Shown: in pieces, positions 44,214 to 52,313 of the stretch
How positions within the stretch are numbered: the stretch's first letter is position 1
Layout of the letters: each line of letters opens with the position of its first letter
Virus record (IMG/VR): IMGVR_UViG_3300033508_000321
DNA length: 64,000 nucleotides
Strand: one strand, 5' to 3'
From: a virus
Position numbers and translations under genes: made by a program
The notes under the pieces: generated by a model
The model's database searches: none
The model's input: the letters and a program-made list of their open reading frames with translations, nothing else
Told to the model about the DNA's origin: nothing

Positions 44214-44470
44214 ATTGGATGTTAACATCAGCTAAAATGGTTTTTTCGGTGGATGATCTATACAAGAAAGTAAGCTATGCTGTAATGGTGAAAGGTACAG
44301 ATTTTAGAGAGATAATGAAAGAGGGTATAGCTGATAATTTCTGGCTGCTCAGAGGCGTTTTAAGCTGTGGTGTAGTTACGAAATTTAAAGTCGGTGAAAT
44401 ACATTACCCAAATACAGTTGTGAAGTTTGCCCAACTTAAATACATAGAATACCAATGCGAGATAAAATAA
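44198..44470 (+). CDS. Small paralogue family member 3 ('IEYQCEIK*')
   Basis: 90 aa. Its ATG is nested in the C-terminal motif codons of member 2. Confidence 0.55.
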   Translation: MSSEVDWMLTSAKMVFSVDDLYKKVSYAVMVKGTDFREIMKEGIADNFWLLRGVLSCGVVTKFKVGEIHYPNTVVKFAQLKYIEYQCEIK

Positions 44471-44688
44471 TATACGATGCCGATTCAGTTTACAGAATTT
44501 CCGGGAAAACGGTTCTTGACTTAGAAGATGGAAAAAGTAAACGGCGGGTGGGAAAACCTTATTTCTTGCAAGATTTAAGAATGTTCAAAACCATAAACAA
44601 AGAGATAAACATAAAAATGCCGGGAAGCGAGTATTTCGTGAAAAGAAAAGCGGCGGAAATAATGGAATTTATATGCGAAGTGAAATAA
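44455..44688 (+). CDS. Small paralogue family member 4 ('MEFICEVK*')
   Basis: 77 aa. Its ATG is nested in the C-terminal motif codons of member 3. Confidence 0.55.
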   Translation: MRDKIIYDADSVYRISGKTVLDLEDGKSKRRVGKPYFLQDLRMFKTINKEINIKMPGSEYFVKRKAAEIMEFICEVK

Positions 44689-45041
44689 CACTTGACCCAA
44701 ATAGTACTCTCAGCGATTACTATTCAATGTTTTGTGCTGACGCACAAATTACAAATAAGAAAAACACCATGAAAACAATGACTCGGACAGAAAAAAGAAA
44801 TACTTTATTACTTGCTAAAGTAACAGTAAGCCCACTAACGGTGGAATCAGAGAAAGCCTTTTTTAAAAGCCGGGTTAAAGAGCAGCATTTAGCTCTTATT
44901 GTGACTGATGATAACCTTTGGAAAGGATACCAGAGTTACAACGCTCTGATGAAAGAATCGGGTGATACCGATTACAAACACCTAACTTCTAAAGAAGTAT
45001 TAGTACTGAGGGAGGAAATAAAAAAGGAATTTAACTTATGA
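44673..45041 (+). CDS. Hypothetical protein
   Basis: 122 aa. Its ATG is nested in the C-terminal motif of member 4. Confidence 0.5.
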   Translation: MRSEITLDPNSTLSDYYSMFCADAQITNKKNTMKTMTRTEKRNTLLLAKVTVSPLTVESEKAFFKSRVKEQHLALIVTDDNLWKGYQSYNALMKESGDTDYKHLTSKEVLVLREEIKKEFNL

Positions 45042-45421
45042 TTGTTACCCTATTCCATGATTACGAAGTAGTAAAAAAGCTACGTACCTCAACACTTGTG
45101 CGCATCTTTTTTGACCGCAAAGGTAAGAATACTGATGTATTTTACCTATCCGCTAAACAACTGGATAAGCTGCATGCATCATACAGCAAAGTACAAAATT
45201 CAAGGGTAAAAGATACCCACGGGTTGGTTGTTATTGATGATGATAGATTTGTATGGTCTGGTGTTGAATTTCCTGATTATTCAGACCGTGAAAACCTTTG
45301 TAAGCATTTTTCTGGCGGTTTTTCATCTATTTACGAGAAAGTAGAAGTTACAAAGGAAACGCACACCCCCGAAGAAGTAAAACCCGTAGAAACAAAACCG
45401 AATGATGATCTTGTTAGATGA
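45038..45421 (+). CDS. Hypothetical protein
   Basis: 127 aa. ATGA overlap. Confidence 0.5.
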   Translation: MIVTLFHDYEVVKKLRTSTLVRIFFDRKGKNTDVFYLSAKQLDKLHASYSKVQNSRVKDTHGLVVIDDDRFVWSGVEFPDYSDRENLCKHFSGGFSSIYEKVEVTKETHTPEEVKPVETKPNDDLVR

Positions 45422-46598
45422 CCAGGCAAAAGCATTTGAAAAGCTAAAAACCCTTAAAGTAGGTGCACTTTTCATGTCACCGGGTGCGGGTAAAACCCTA
45501 ACAGCCTTTGAGCTTATTCATAGTGTAGAAGGTATTAACTACGTGTTATGGTTAACACCCTTTCAGACGAAAGAAAATTTGCGCAAAGAATTAACAGAGT
45601 ATGGTGGTTTTGACTTTGCCCATGATGTAGTGGGTATAGAAACACTTTCATCATCTGATGCTGTTTATCTGAAATTAAGTAAGAAGATACAAGAGCATAA
45701 CACATTTATAGTGTGTGATGAAAGCCTGAAAATAAAAAATTTGGCGGCAAAGCGTACCCAAAGAATCCTAGAACTGAGCAAATTTTGTGAGTACAAACTC
45801 ATATTGAATGGTACACCGCTAAGCAAGAATGTAATGGATTTATGGGCACAGTTACAATTCCTTAGCCCTAAAATACTAAATATGCCTTTGGCTCAGTACA
45901 AGAGTGTATTCGTGAAATACACCACCATCACGAAGAAAATAAACGGCTATAAAGTAACAAGGGAGTTTATCGATGGCTACGCCAATATTGATTACCTGTA
46001 CTCACTTATTAAACCCTACGTGTACGAGTGTGACCTTACAGTAAATGTAGAAAAACATTATGTAGAGTACATTTATGAGGTAGGTGAAGAAGCAAAAGAA
46101 GAGTATAACAGGTTAAAAAAGTTCATGTCTGAGCATGAATATTTGCTTTTCAGGAATAACAACGTATTCTTGGAACTGATACAAAACTTACAAATGGCTT
46201 ACTGTACAGTACCTGAAAAATTCGAACTCCTGGGGTGGGTGCTTACTCAGGTAGAACCAAAGAAAACCATTGTTTTTTGTAAATTTATACGTAGTGTTGA
46301 ATCCATTAGTAAGAAATTTCCATACCTTAAAGTACTGACCTACGGTAAACACGCATACGGGTTAAATTTGCAGGAATATAATACGGTTGTATTTTGGGAT
46401 AAAACCTTTGATTATGCGTTACGATTACAAGCCGAAAGGCGTATCTTTAGAACCGGGCAAACTGATATTTGTACGTATTATGACCTAACAGCTAGTACGG
46501 GTTTGGATAACATGATAAACGGAAATATAGAGCGGAAAGAATCCATGCTCAGTTACTTTAAGAAAATAGCATTTAAAACTTTTATTGAAAACTTATGA
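45402..46598 (+). CDS. SNF2-family helicase / ATPase
   Basis: Walker A 'SPGAGKTLTAFE'. 'VCDESLKIKN'. 'LNGTPLSKNVMDLWAQLQFLSP' (SNF2_N). Motif VI 'LQAERRIFRTGQT'. Confidence 0.8.
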   Translation: MMILLDDQAKAFEKLKTLKVGALFMSPGAGKTLTAFELIHSVEGINYVLWLTPFQTKENLRKELTEYGGFDFAHDVVGIETLSSSDAVYLKLSKKIQEHNTFIVCDESLKIKNLAAKRTQRILELSKFCEYKLILNGTPLSKNVMDLWAQLQFLSPKILNMPLAQYKSVFVKYTTITKKINGYKVTREFIDGYANIDYLYSLIKPYVYECDLTVNVEKHYVEYIYEVGEEAKEEYNRLKKFMSEHEYLLFRNNNVFLELIQNLQMAYCTVPEKFELLGWVLTQVEPKKTIVFCKFIRSVESISKKFPYLKVLTYGKHAYGLNLQEYNTVVFWDKTFDYALRLQAERRIFRTGQTDICTYYDLTASTGLDNMINGNIERKESMLSYFKKIAFKTFIENL

Positions 46599-47143
46599 AA
46601 AAAGCAGCGTTTAAAAGCCCTGTGTACAGTGTTGTAGCTGTACCGATTTATAAAATTGAGGCAAATAACTACAATCCAAACCACGTTGCAAAGCGTGAAA
46701 TGGACTTACTCTACCAAAGCATAAAATGTGATGGGTACACTATGCCTATTGTATGTTTCTATGATGATGAAAGGGATAAATACATTATCGTGGATGGTTT
46801 TCACCGTTATACGATTATGCTCAAATACAAAGATATTTTTGAGCGAGAAAATGGTATGTTACCGGTATCAGTTATTCACAAAGATCTAAGTGACCGAATG
46901 GCTTCAACAATTCGTCATAACAGGGCACGAGGTAAACATGAAGTGGAACTGCAAGCATCTTTAGTCGGGATGTTAAAATCTGGGTGGGATGAGCTAAAAA
47001 TAATGAAAGAGCTGGGCATGACCTTAGAAGAAGTACAACGTTTGATAGGTTTACGTGGTATAGCAAGTGAGATAAAAGGTGTACCTTATTCAATCGAACG
47101 CCAAATAATAGAAGCAGGGGAGGACGTTACTGATGAAGATTAA
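46595..47143 (+). CDS. ParB-like nuclease-domain protein (IbrB-like)
   Basis: 'NNYNPNHV', 'IIVDGFHRYTIM' and 'TIRHNRARGKH' fit the ParB/Srx-fold IbrB-type pattern as I recall it. Confidence 0.7.
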   Translation: MKKAAFKSPVYSVVAVPIYKIEANNYNPNHVAKREMDLLYQSIKCDGYTMPIVCFYDDERDKYIIVDGFHRYTIMLKYKDIFERENGMLPVSVIHKDLSDRMASTIRHNRARGKHEVELQASLVGMLKSGWDELKIMKELGMTLEEVQRLIGLRGIASEIKGVPYSIERQIIEAGEDVTDED

Positions 47144-47714
47144 ATTTATAGTAATGACCAGCGAGGATCCTAAAAGGATTGAAAATGTACAAAAAATGGA
47201 AATTCCGGACTTAGTAATTTACAGGGGTGATAACGATGACGTATTTCAAAAGTATCTTAATTGTTTTATCCTAGAATCTGAGTATGATGGCGTGCTAGTA
47301 CTTGAGGATGATGTACAACTTTGCTGGGATTTTTATACTAAAGTGTTAGGTATAATTCAAAAATATGCCAGTGATGTGATTAGCTTTTTTGAAAAGCCTA
47401 ATTCTAGACAGGTACTTGAAAAAGGTTTTAGGCCGGGGCGTGACTTTATGTTCAACCAGTGTAATTATTACCCTAAAGCTACATGTGAGTTATTTTTAGG
47501 TTCGGAAAACGTAGCTGAGTTTAAAAACTCATATTTCACTAAATACAAAGTTTGGGTAGCCCCGATCGATATTTACATAGCACACGTGCTAAGTAAATAC
47601 AAGTTAGAGTACCTTATGTACTTACCTTTTTTGGTGCAGCATTTACCCTTTAAATCTATTTTGGGTAACAGGTCTACCAAACGTCAAACCAAATTTTTTA
47701 TAGATGACCTATGA
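47133..47714 (+). CDS. Glycosyltransferase-like protein (GT25-like, tentative)
   Basis: 193 aa. 'IKFIVMTSEDPKRIENVQKM' and 'VLVLEDDVQLCWDF' resemble the GT25 N-terminus and EDD motif. Confidence 0.4.
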   Translation: MKIKFIVMTSEDPKRIENVQKMEIPDLVIYRGDNDDVFQKYLNCFILESEYDGVLVLEDDVQLCWDFYTKVLGIIQKYASDVISFFEKPNSRQVLEKGFRPGRDFMFNQCNYYPKATCELFLGSENVAEFKNSYFTKYKVWVAPIDIYIAHVLSKYKLEYLMYLPFLVQHLPFKSILGNRSTKRQTKFFIDDL

Positions 47715-48868
47715 AAAGAACTACAACGCTGGGCACGGAAAACGTGTTGGAATCTACACTAAAACGTATTGCTTACCTGTTTGATCACTATGATAATATT
47801 TCCTTATCATTCTCTGGTGGTAAAGATAGCACTGCTTTGTTTCATTTGGTGAATAACGAGGCTGTGAAACGTGATAGGAAATTTATTCTATACTTTCAAG
47901 ATCAGGAAGCAGAGTATCAGGGTACTATTGACCTAATGGAATGGGCTATGACTAGGCCAAACGTAATACCACTTTGGTATCAAGTACCGATTTTTATGAC
48001 CAATGCAGCTAGTCACCAACAACTATTTTTGTGGGCGTGGGGTGAGGGTGAAAAATGGGTGCGAGAAAAGCATCCGATGGCCATACAATCTATTGATGGA
48101 AAATATCCTAAGCGGTTTTATAAGTTTAACTTGTGGGTAGGTCAGCAACTAAGAAAATTGCCCGGAAATCATGTATCAATAATCGGATTAAGAGCCGAAG
48201 AAAGCCCTGATAGACGTTTTGTGATGTTTGGCGAAGACAGTGATTTGTTTTGGTTACGTAGAAAAACAGAGCCACATAAAGCATATCCTATTATTGATTG
48301 GGCATATACCGATGTGTGGAAGTACCTTATTGAAGGTAGTTACAGGTACAATAACGTGTATGATAAGATGTATATGCTAGGTGGTAATTTACGCCAATTC
48401 AGGGTTTCAAATTTGGTGCATGAAAAGGCATTCCGGTGTTTAACTGATTTGCAGGAATTAGAACCTGAAACGTATGATAAGTTAGAAGAACGTTTGCAGG
48501 GTGTACATACGGCAGCTATCTATGGCAAAGAAGCCTTGATTTATTCGATAAAAACCTTACCGGAAAGTTTTAAAACATGGAAAGAGTACAAGGATTTTCT
48601 ACTAAGTAGTATACACCCAGACCTGAGCAAATTGTTTCGTTATCAATGGTCACGTTTTGGTGATACGGACGATGTACGAGCTTGTAAATACATGGTAAAA
48701 CGTATTCTATTATGCGACTGGGAGGGTAACATCAAAGAACAGGATTGGATGAAATACTACCCTGAGTGGACTGTTAATAAATTCAACTACACCAAGGAAC
48801 AGATACTAGAAAAAAATAGGCAGAAACGTGAAGATCCAGTAATAAATAAATGGATGGCCAAGCTGTGA
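47711..48868 (+). CDS. PAPS reductase-family PP-loop protein (IbrA / DndC-like)
   Basis: PP-loop 'LSFSGGKDSTALFHL'. 'IIGLRAEESPDRR'. A long C-terminal extension follows. Confidence 0.75.
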   Translation: MKRTTTLGTENVLESTLKRIAYLFDHYDNISLSFSGGKDSTALFHLVNNEAVKRDRKFILYFQDQEAEYQGTIDLMEWAMTRPNVIPLWYQVPIFMTNAASHQQLFLWAWGEGEKWVREKHPMAIQSIDGKYPKRFYKFNLWVGQQLRKLPGNHVSIIGLRAEESPDRRFVMFGEDSDLFWLRRKTEPHKAYPIIDWAYTDVWKYLIEGSYRYNNVYDKMYMLGGNLRQFRVSNLVHEKAFRCLTDLQELEPETYDKLEERLQGVHTAAIYGKEALIYSIKTLPESFKTWKEYKDFLLSSIHPDLSKLFRYQWSRFGDTDDVRACKYMVKRILLCDWEGNIKEQDWMKYYPEWTVNKFNYTKEQILEKNRQKREDPVINKWMAKL

Positions 48869-48874
48869 AATGTT

Positions 48875-48906
48875 AAAACGCTGCTTAATTGCAGCGTTTT
48901 TTATTA
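48875..48906 (+). terminator. Rho-independent terminator
   Basis: AAAACGCTGC-ttaatt-GCAGCGTTTT followed by a T-rich run. Confidence 0.7.
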
Positions 48907-48926
48907 TTTTTGTTAAAATAAATGCA

Positions 48927-48934
48927 TAGATTTG
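48927..48934 (+). promoter_or_regulatory. TAnnTTTG box
   Basis: TAGATTTG, 17 nt upstream of ATG 48952. It lies inside the longer track ORF that starts at 48922. Confidence 0.45.
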
Positions 48935-48951
48935 TAAAAATTTTACATTTT

Positions 48952-49827
48952 ATGGACATAAACGAATTAAAAGAACTCATAAAACCCGCTTTTGCAAGCG
49001 TCGGTAAACTACCAAAAGAAGAGGCGAAGAACTACGGTAATTACAAATTGATGCCGGTAGAGATATTGGTGAAAGCGGGTTGGAATTACAAGCAAGAAAA
49101 CCCGTATACGAGTGATAAACTAAACGCTAATTTAAAGCGTAACGGGCAGGTAGAAAATATACAAGTACGATTACTTGATACAGGTTACTACGAGGTAGTA
49201 AATGGTAACCACCGCTTAGATGAAATCATAAAACTTGGGCGCAAAATGGTGGTGGTTTATGACCATGGAAAAGTAAGTTTAGCCGAGGCGAAGCGTATTG
49301 CCATTGAAACAAACGAAACGAAATTTAAAGCGGAAGAAACGCTTTTGGCGGAAGCAATCCGAGAACTCGAAGCAGAATTTGGCTTAGAAGACCTAGAGCA
49401 AACATTACCATTCTCGGATGAAGAAATGGAAAAAATGATGTCGGAAATGGATTCTGAGTTTGAGGAACCAACACAGGGTAATTATACACGCAAGATTGAA
49501 TCGCCTACCTATGAGCCAAAGAATGAAAAACCGCACACCATAGACTTGTACGACAAAAGCAAGTATGAGCAACTTTTAGAGGGTATAGAGGGTAGCTCAG
49601 CAGATCCAGAGGTTAAGATGTTTCTAAAAATTGCGGCGGCAAGGCACATAGTTTTTGACTATTCTAAGATAGCCGATTTTTATGCGCACAGCGATGCACA
49701 GGTACAACGTTTGATGGAGGATTCAGCACTCGTAATTATAGACTTTAATAGAGCTATTGAGCTAGGTTTTGTGCAGTTATCGGAGAATATAGCAAAACAA
49801 TACACAGAGGATTATGGAAAAGCCTAA
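48952..49827 (+). CDS. ParB-like nuclease-domain protein (second copy) with acidic linker and C-terminal domain
   Basis: 'YYEVVNGNHRLDEI' (DGxHR-type motif). I prefer ATG 48952 because the box at 48927 sits inside the alternative start at 48922. Confidence 0.65.
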   Translation: MDINELKELIKPAFASVGKLPKEEAKNYGNYKLMPVEILVKAGWNYKQENPYTSDKLNANLKRNGQVENIQVRLLDTGYYEVVNGNHRLDEIIKLGRKMVVVYDHGKVSLAEAKRIAIETNETKFKAEETLLAEAIRELEAEFGLEDLEQTLPFSDEEMEKMMSEMDSEFEEPTQGNYTRKIESPTYEPKNEKPHTIDLYDKSKYEQLLEGIEGSSADPEVKMFLKIAAARHIVFDYSKIADFYAHSDAQVQRLMEDSALVIIDFNRAIELGFVQLSENIAKQYTEDYGKA

Positions 49828-50677
49828 AGATTTTTGCATTTTTATTATCTCACATGGTAGGCCTGATAAGGTAATGACGTGGAATACTTTGAAAAAAGTT
49901 GGTAATACATCACCAGTTTACATTGTTATAGATGATACGGATAAAACATCGGAAAAATACTACACTAATTTCGGTAAAGAAACAGTAGTGATGTTCGATA
50001 AAGAAGCGATAGCCAAAACTACGGATCATGGAGATAATTTTTGGAACCTACGCACAACTACTCACGCACGAAATGCTTGCTTCGACATAGCTAAAAAATT
50101 AGGGTACACGTACTTTTTAGTGCTAGACGATGATTATACCTACTTTGCGTACACGGCAGACGATGCCTTTAACTACAATAGTAAGGGCACACCAGTAAAA
50201 GATATAAATAAAACTTTTTGTTTGTTTATCGATTTTTACAAGAGTATTCCAGCACTTAGTGTATGTTTTGCTCAAGGGGGCGACTTTGTGGGCGGCGAAA
50301 ATTCTGCTGTATTTAAAAAAGAACTATCAAGAAAGGCTATGAACTCGTGGTTTTGTTCTGTAGATCGCCCCTTTAAATTCATAAGTAGGTTGAATGAGGA
50401 TGTTAACACTTACTTGTGTCTGGGTGCCACAGGCGGTTTATTCTTTACAGTTACGTGGATAAGACTTGAGCAGATACAAACGCAGCTAAATTCAGGTGGA
50501 ATGACGGAGGCATACCTAGAAGGTGGTACATACGTAAAATCATTCTACACAGTGATGTACTGTCCATCTTTTGCTAAGGTAGGATTAATGGGTAACACCA
50601 ATAAAAGGTTGCACCATAGAATATCATGGAATAATGCAGTACCTAAGATTGTAAATGAAAATATTAGAAAAATATGA
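49814..50677 (+). CDS. GT-A-like glycosyltransferase candidate (DxD motif)
   Basis: 287 aa. 'FIISHGRPDKVMTWNTLKK', 'YIVIDDTD' and 'FLVLDDDYTYF'. The assignment is tentative. Confidence 0.4.
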   Translation: MEKPKDFCIFIISHGRPDKVMTWNTLKKVGNTSPVYIVIDDTDKTSEKYYTNFGKETVVMFDKEAIAKTTDHGDNFWNLRTTTHARNACFDIAKKLGYTYFLVLDDDYTYFAYTADDAFNYNSKGTPVKDINKTFCLFIDFYKSIPALSVCFAQGGDFVGGENSAVFKKELSRKAMNSWFCSVDRPFKFISRLNEDVNTYLCLGATGGLFFTVTWIRLEQIQTQLNSGGMTEAYLEGGTYVKSFYTVMYCPSFAKVGLMGNTNKRLHHRISWNNAVPKIVNENIRKI

Positions 50678-51168
50678 AAAAGAAAGAAAAAATTTGGGCG
50701 GAGGTTCAACCAAAAATATACGATGAAAAATACCACGATATAAAGATGGAAGAATTGGTGATGGAAGGGTTAACGTTGCAAGAAATTGCAGAAAAATTGG
50801 CGGTAGAATATCGAACATTAACAAAATGGTTAGTACGTTACCCATCACTGGCAGAAGCATTCAATCGTGGACGTATACCGAGAGATTTGGCGGTGGAAAA
50901 TGCCCTTTACAAGAGAGCTATTGGATATACGTATGAAGAAAAAATAGCTGAGTCAACTGGTACGATGGAGGAGGCGGAGGGGAAAAAAAGGGCGGGAAAA
51001 TTCCGAAGAGTAACAAAACATATGCCACCAGATGTAGAAGCAATAAAGATGTGGTTAAGTAATAAAAAACCACACCTGTGGTCAAACACTCAAAAGATAG
51101 ATGTAACATCGAAAGGACAACAAATGCCGATTGTAATGATAGGTGCACCACCGGAAGAGGAAAAATAG
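50674..51168 (+). CDS. Terminase small subunit-like HTH protein (gp3-type), or a regulator
   Basis: HTH 'LTLQEIAEKLAVEYRTLTKWL'. 'ALYKRAIGYTYEE' and 'PPDVEAIKMWLSNKKPHLW' fit small-terminase patterns. It lies 12.4 kb upstream of the terL start in this window. Confidence 0.45.
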   Translation: MKKKEKIWAEVQPKIYDEKYHDIKMEELVMEGLTLQEIAEKLAVEYRTLTKWLVRYPSLAEAFNRGRIPRDLAVENALYKRAIGYTYEEKIAESTGTMEEAEGKKRAGKFRRVTKHMPPDVEAIKMWLSNKKPHLWSNTQKIDVTSKGQQMPIVMIGAPPEEEK

Positions 51169-51301
51169 GCGTATATACTCGCCGACCAATTTCGGAACTC
51201 ATTCTTATAACTGATTGAAAATGTTATCGTGTAAGTGTTATTTCAGATATTTATTAACAAAGTGCGTACCCCGTTAACAATAGTTTTTGTATACTTGTCA
51301 G

Positions 51302-51336
51302 CCTGTTAGAGTGTTACAAACTTTAACAGGTTTTTT
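51302..51336 (+). terminator. Hairpin plus T-run in the 260-bp non-coding gap
   Basis: CCTGTTA-(15 nt)-TAACAGG followed by TTTTTTAATTTT. Confidence 0.4.
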
Positions 51337-51427
51337 AATTTTGTATGCTGATAATTAACAAGCTATTAACAATAAGTAAAAAGTTAATTAACTATTTTTA
51401 CATGGTCACTAAATATGTTAAAAACCG

Positions 51428-51715
51428 ATGGCAAAACTACAAAAACATGACACAGTGCACGTTATGCAATGCACTGATTTACAATCAGGTAAGACCGTAG
51501 GAAAACACTACGGATGCATAGAAGAAAGCAAGGGTCTGGTCGGATACATCGTTAAGTTATTCACACACAGGCACAAAGGAAATACACCGGCAGACAAATG
51601 CAAATGTCATGGCCGTTTGAAAGGACTGATAGACGAAAACACGTTTATCACAGAACCGAAGTTCTACGCAAGTAAGCACAATATCACTAAAATCAAAGGT
51701 TATTATGAAGAGTAA
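51428..51715 (+). CDS. Hypothetical protein
   Basis: 95 aa with an ATG start. First gene after the AT-rich gap. Confidence 0.5.
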   Translation: MAKLQKHDTVHVMQCTDLQSGKTVGKHYGCIEESKGLVGYIVKLFTHRHKGNTPADKCKCHGRLKGLIDENTFITEPKFYASKHNITKIKGYYEE

Positions 51716-51971
51716 TTTTTTACGAAAAATTTTAGCTGTAATTTTTGCACCCAAAAAATGCAAAACGTTAGTGTACAGTATGGTTAACCCGGCGGAAATT
51801 CTCATCGAAGATGAGGAAATCCTAGACGAATATTTAGATTATTTTCACATTGGAAGTAAGGTTTATCTGTATAAATTTAATTTATGGGTAGCCAATTCCG
51901 ATGCGTACATGGTACAGCTGGGTGAAGTATACCCGGCAGTGATAAAAAATGGTAAAATTTACAAGAAATGA
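51705..51971 (+). CDS. Hypothetical protein
   Basis: 88 aa. Overlaps the upstream gene by 11 nt. Confidence 0.5.
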   Translation: MKSNFLRKILAVIFAPKKCKTLVYSMVNPAEILIEDEEILDEYLDYFHIGSKVYLYKFNLWVANSDAYMVQLGEVYPAVIKNGKIYKK

Positions 51972-52225
51972 AACAACAGTTTAAAGATTGGCGAGCCGTG
52001 AAAAACGCAATAGAAAGCGGTAAATTATGCATGAAACCCACAGCACTCGAAAGGTATTTCACAGAAAGAAACATTTACTTACCTAGCATCATGCATCTAC
52101 TAGCACCAAAAGGTATAGCAGCTAGGGGCAAATCTGCCGATGCGCTTTTTTCCGCCGTTTCCTTTAACGATCCTGCTTATTTGGATGCAATTATCCAAGA
52201 TAAATACGAACGCTTAAACACATAA
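51968..52225 (+). CDS. Hypothetical protein
   Basis: 85 aa. ATGA overlap. Confidence 0.5.
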   Translation: MKQQFKDWRAVKNAIESGKLCMKPTALERYFTERNIYLPSIMHLLAPKGIAARGKSADALFSAVSFNDPAYLDAIIQDKYERLNT

Positions 52226-52313
52226 ACCGTGAATTGCGTAGATCCATTTTTGGGCACAAATGAAACATTAAGCCCAAAGCAAATAGAAAAAATCGAACAA
52301 AAAGCAAACGAAA

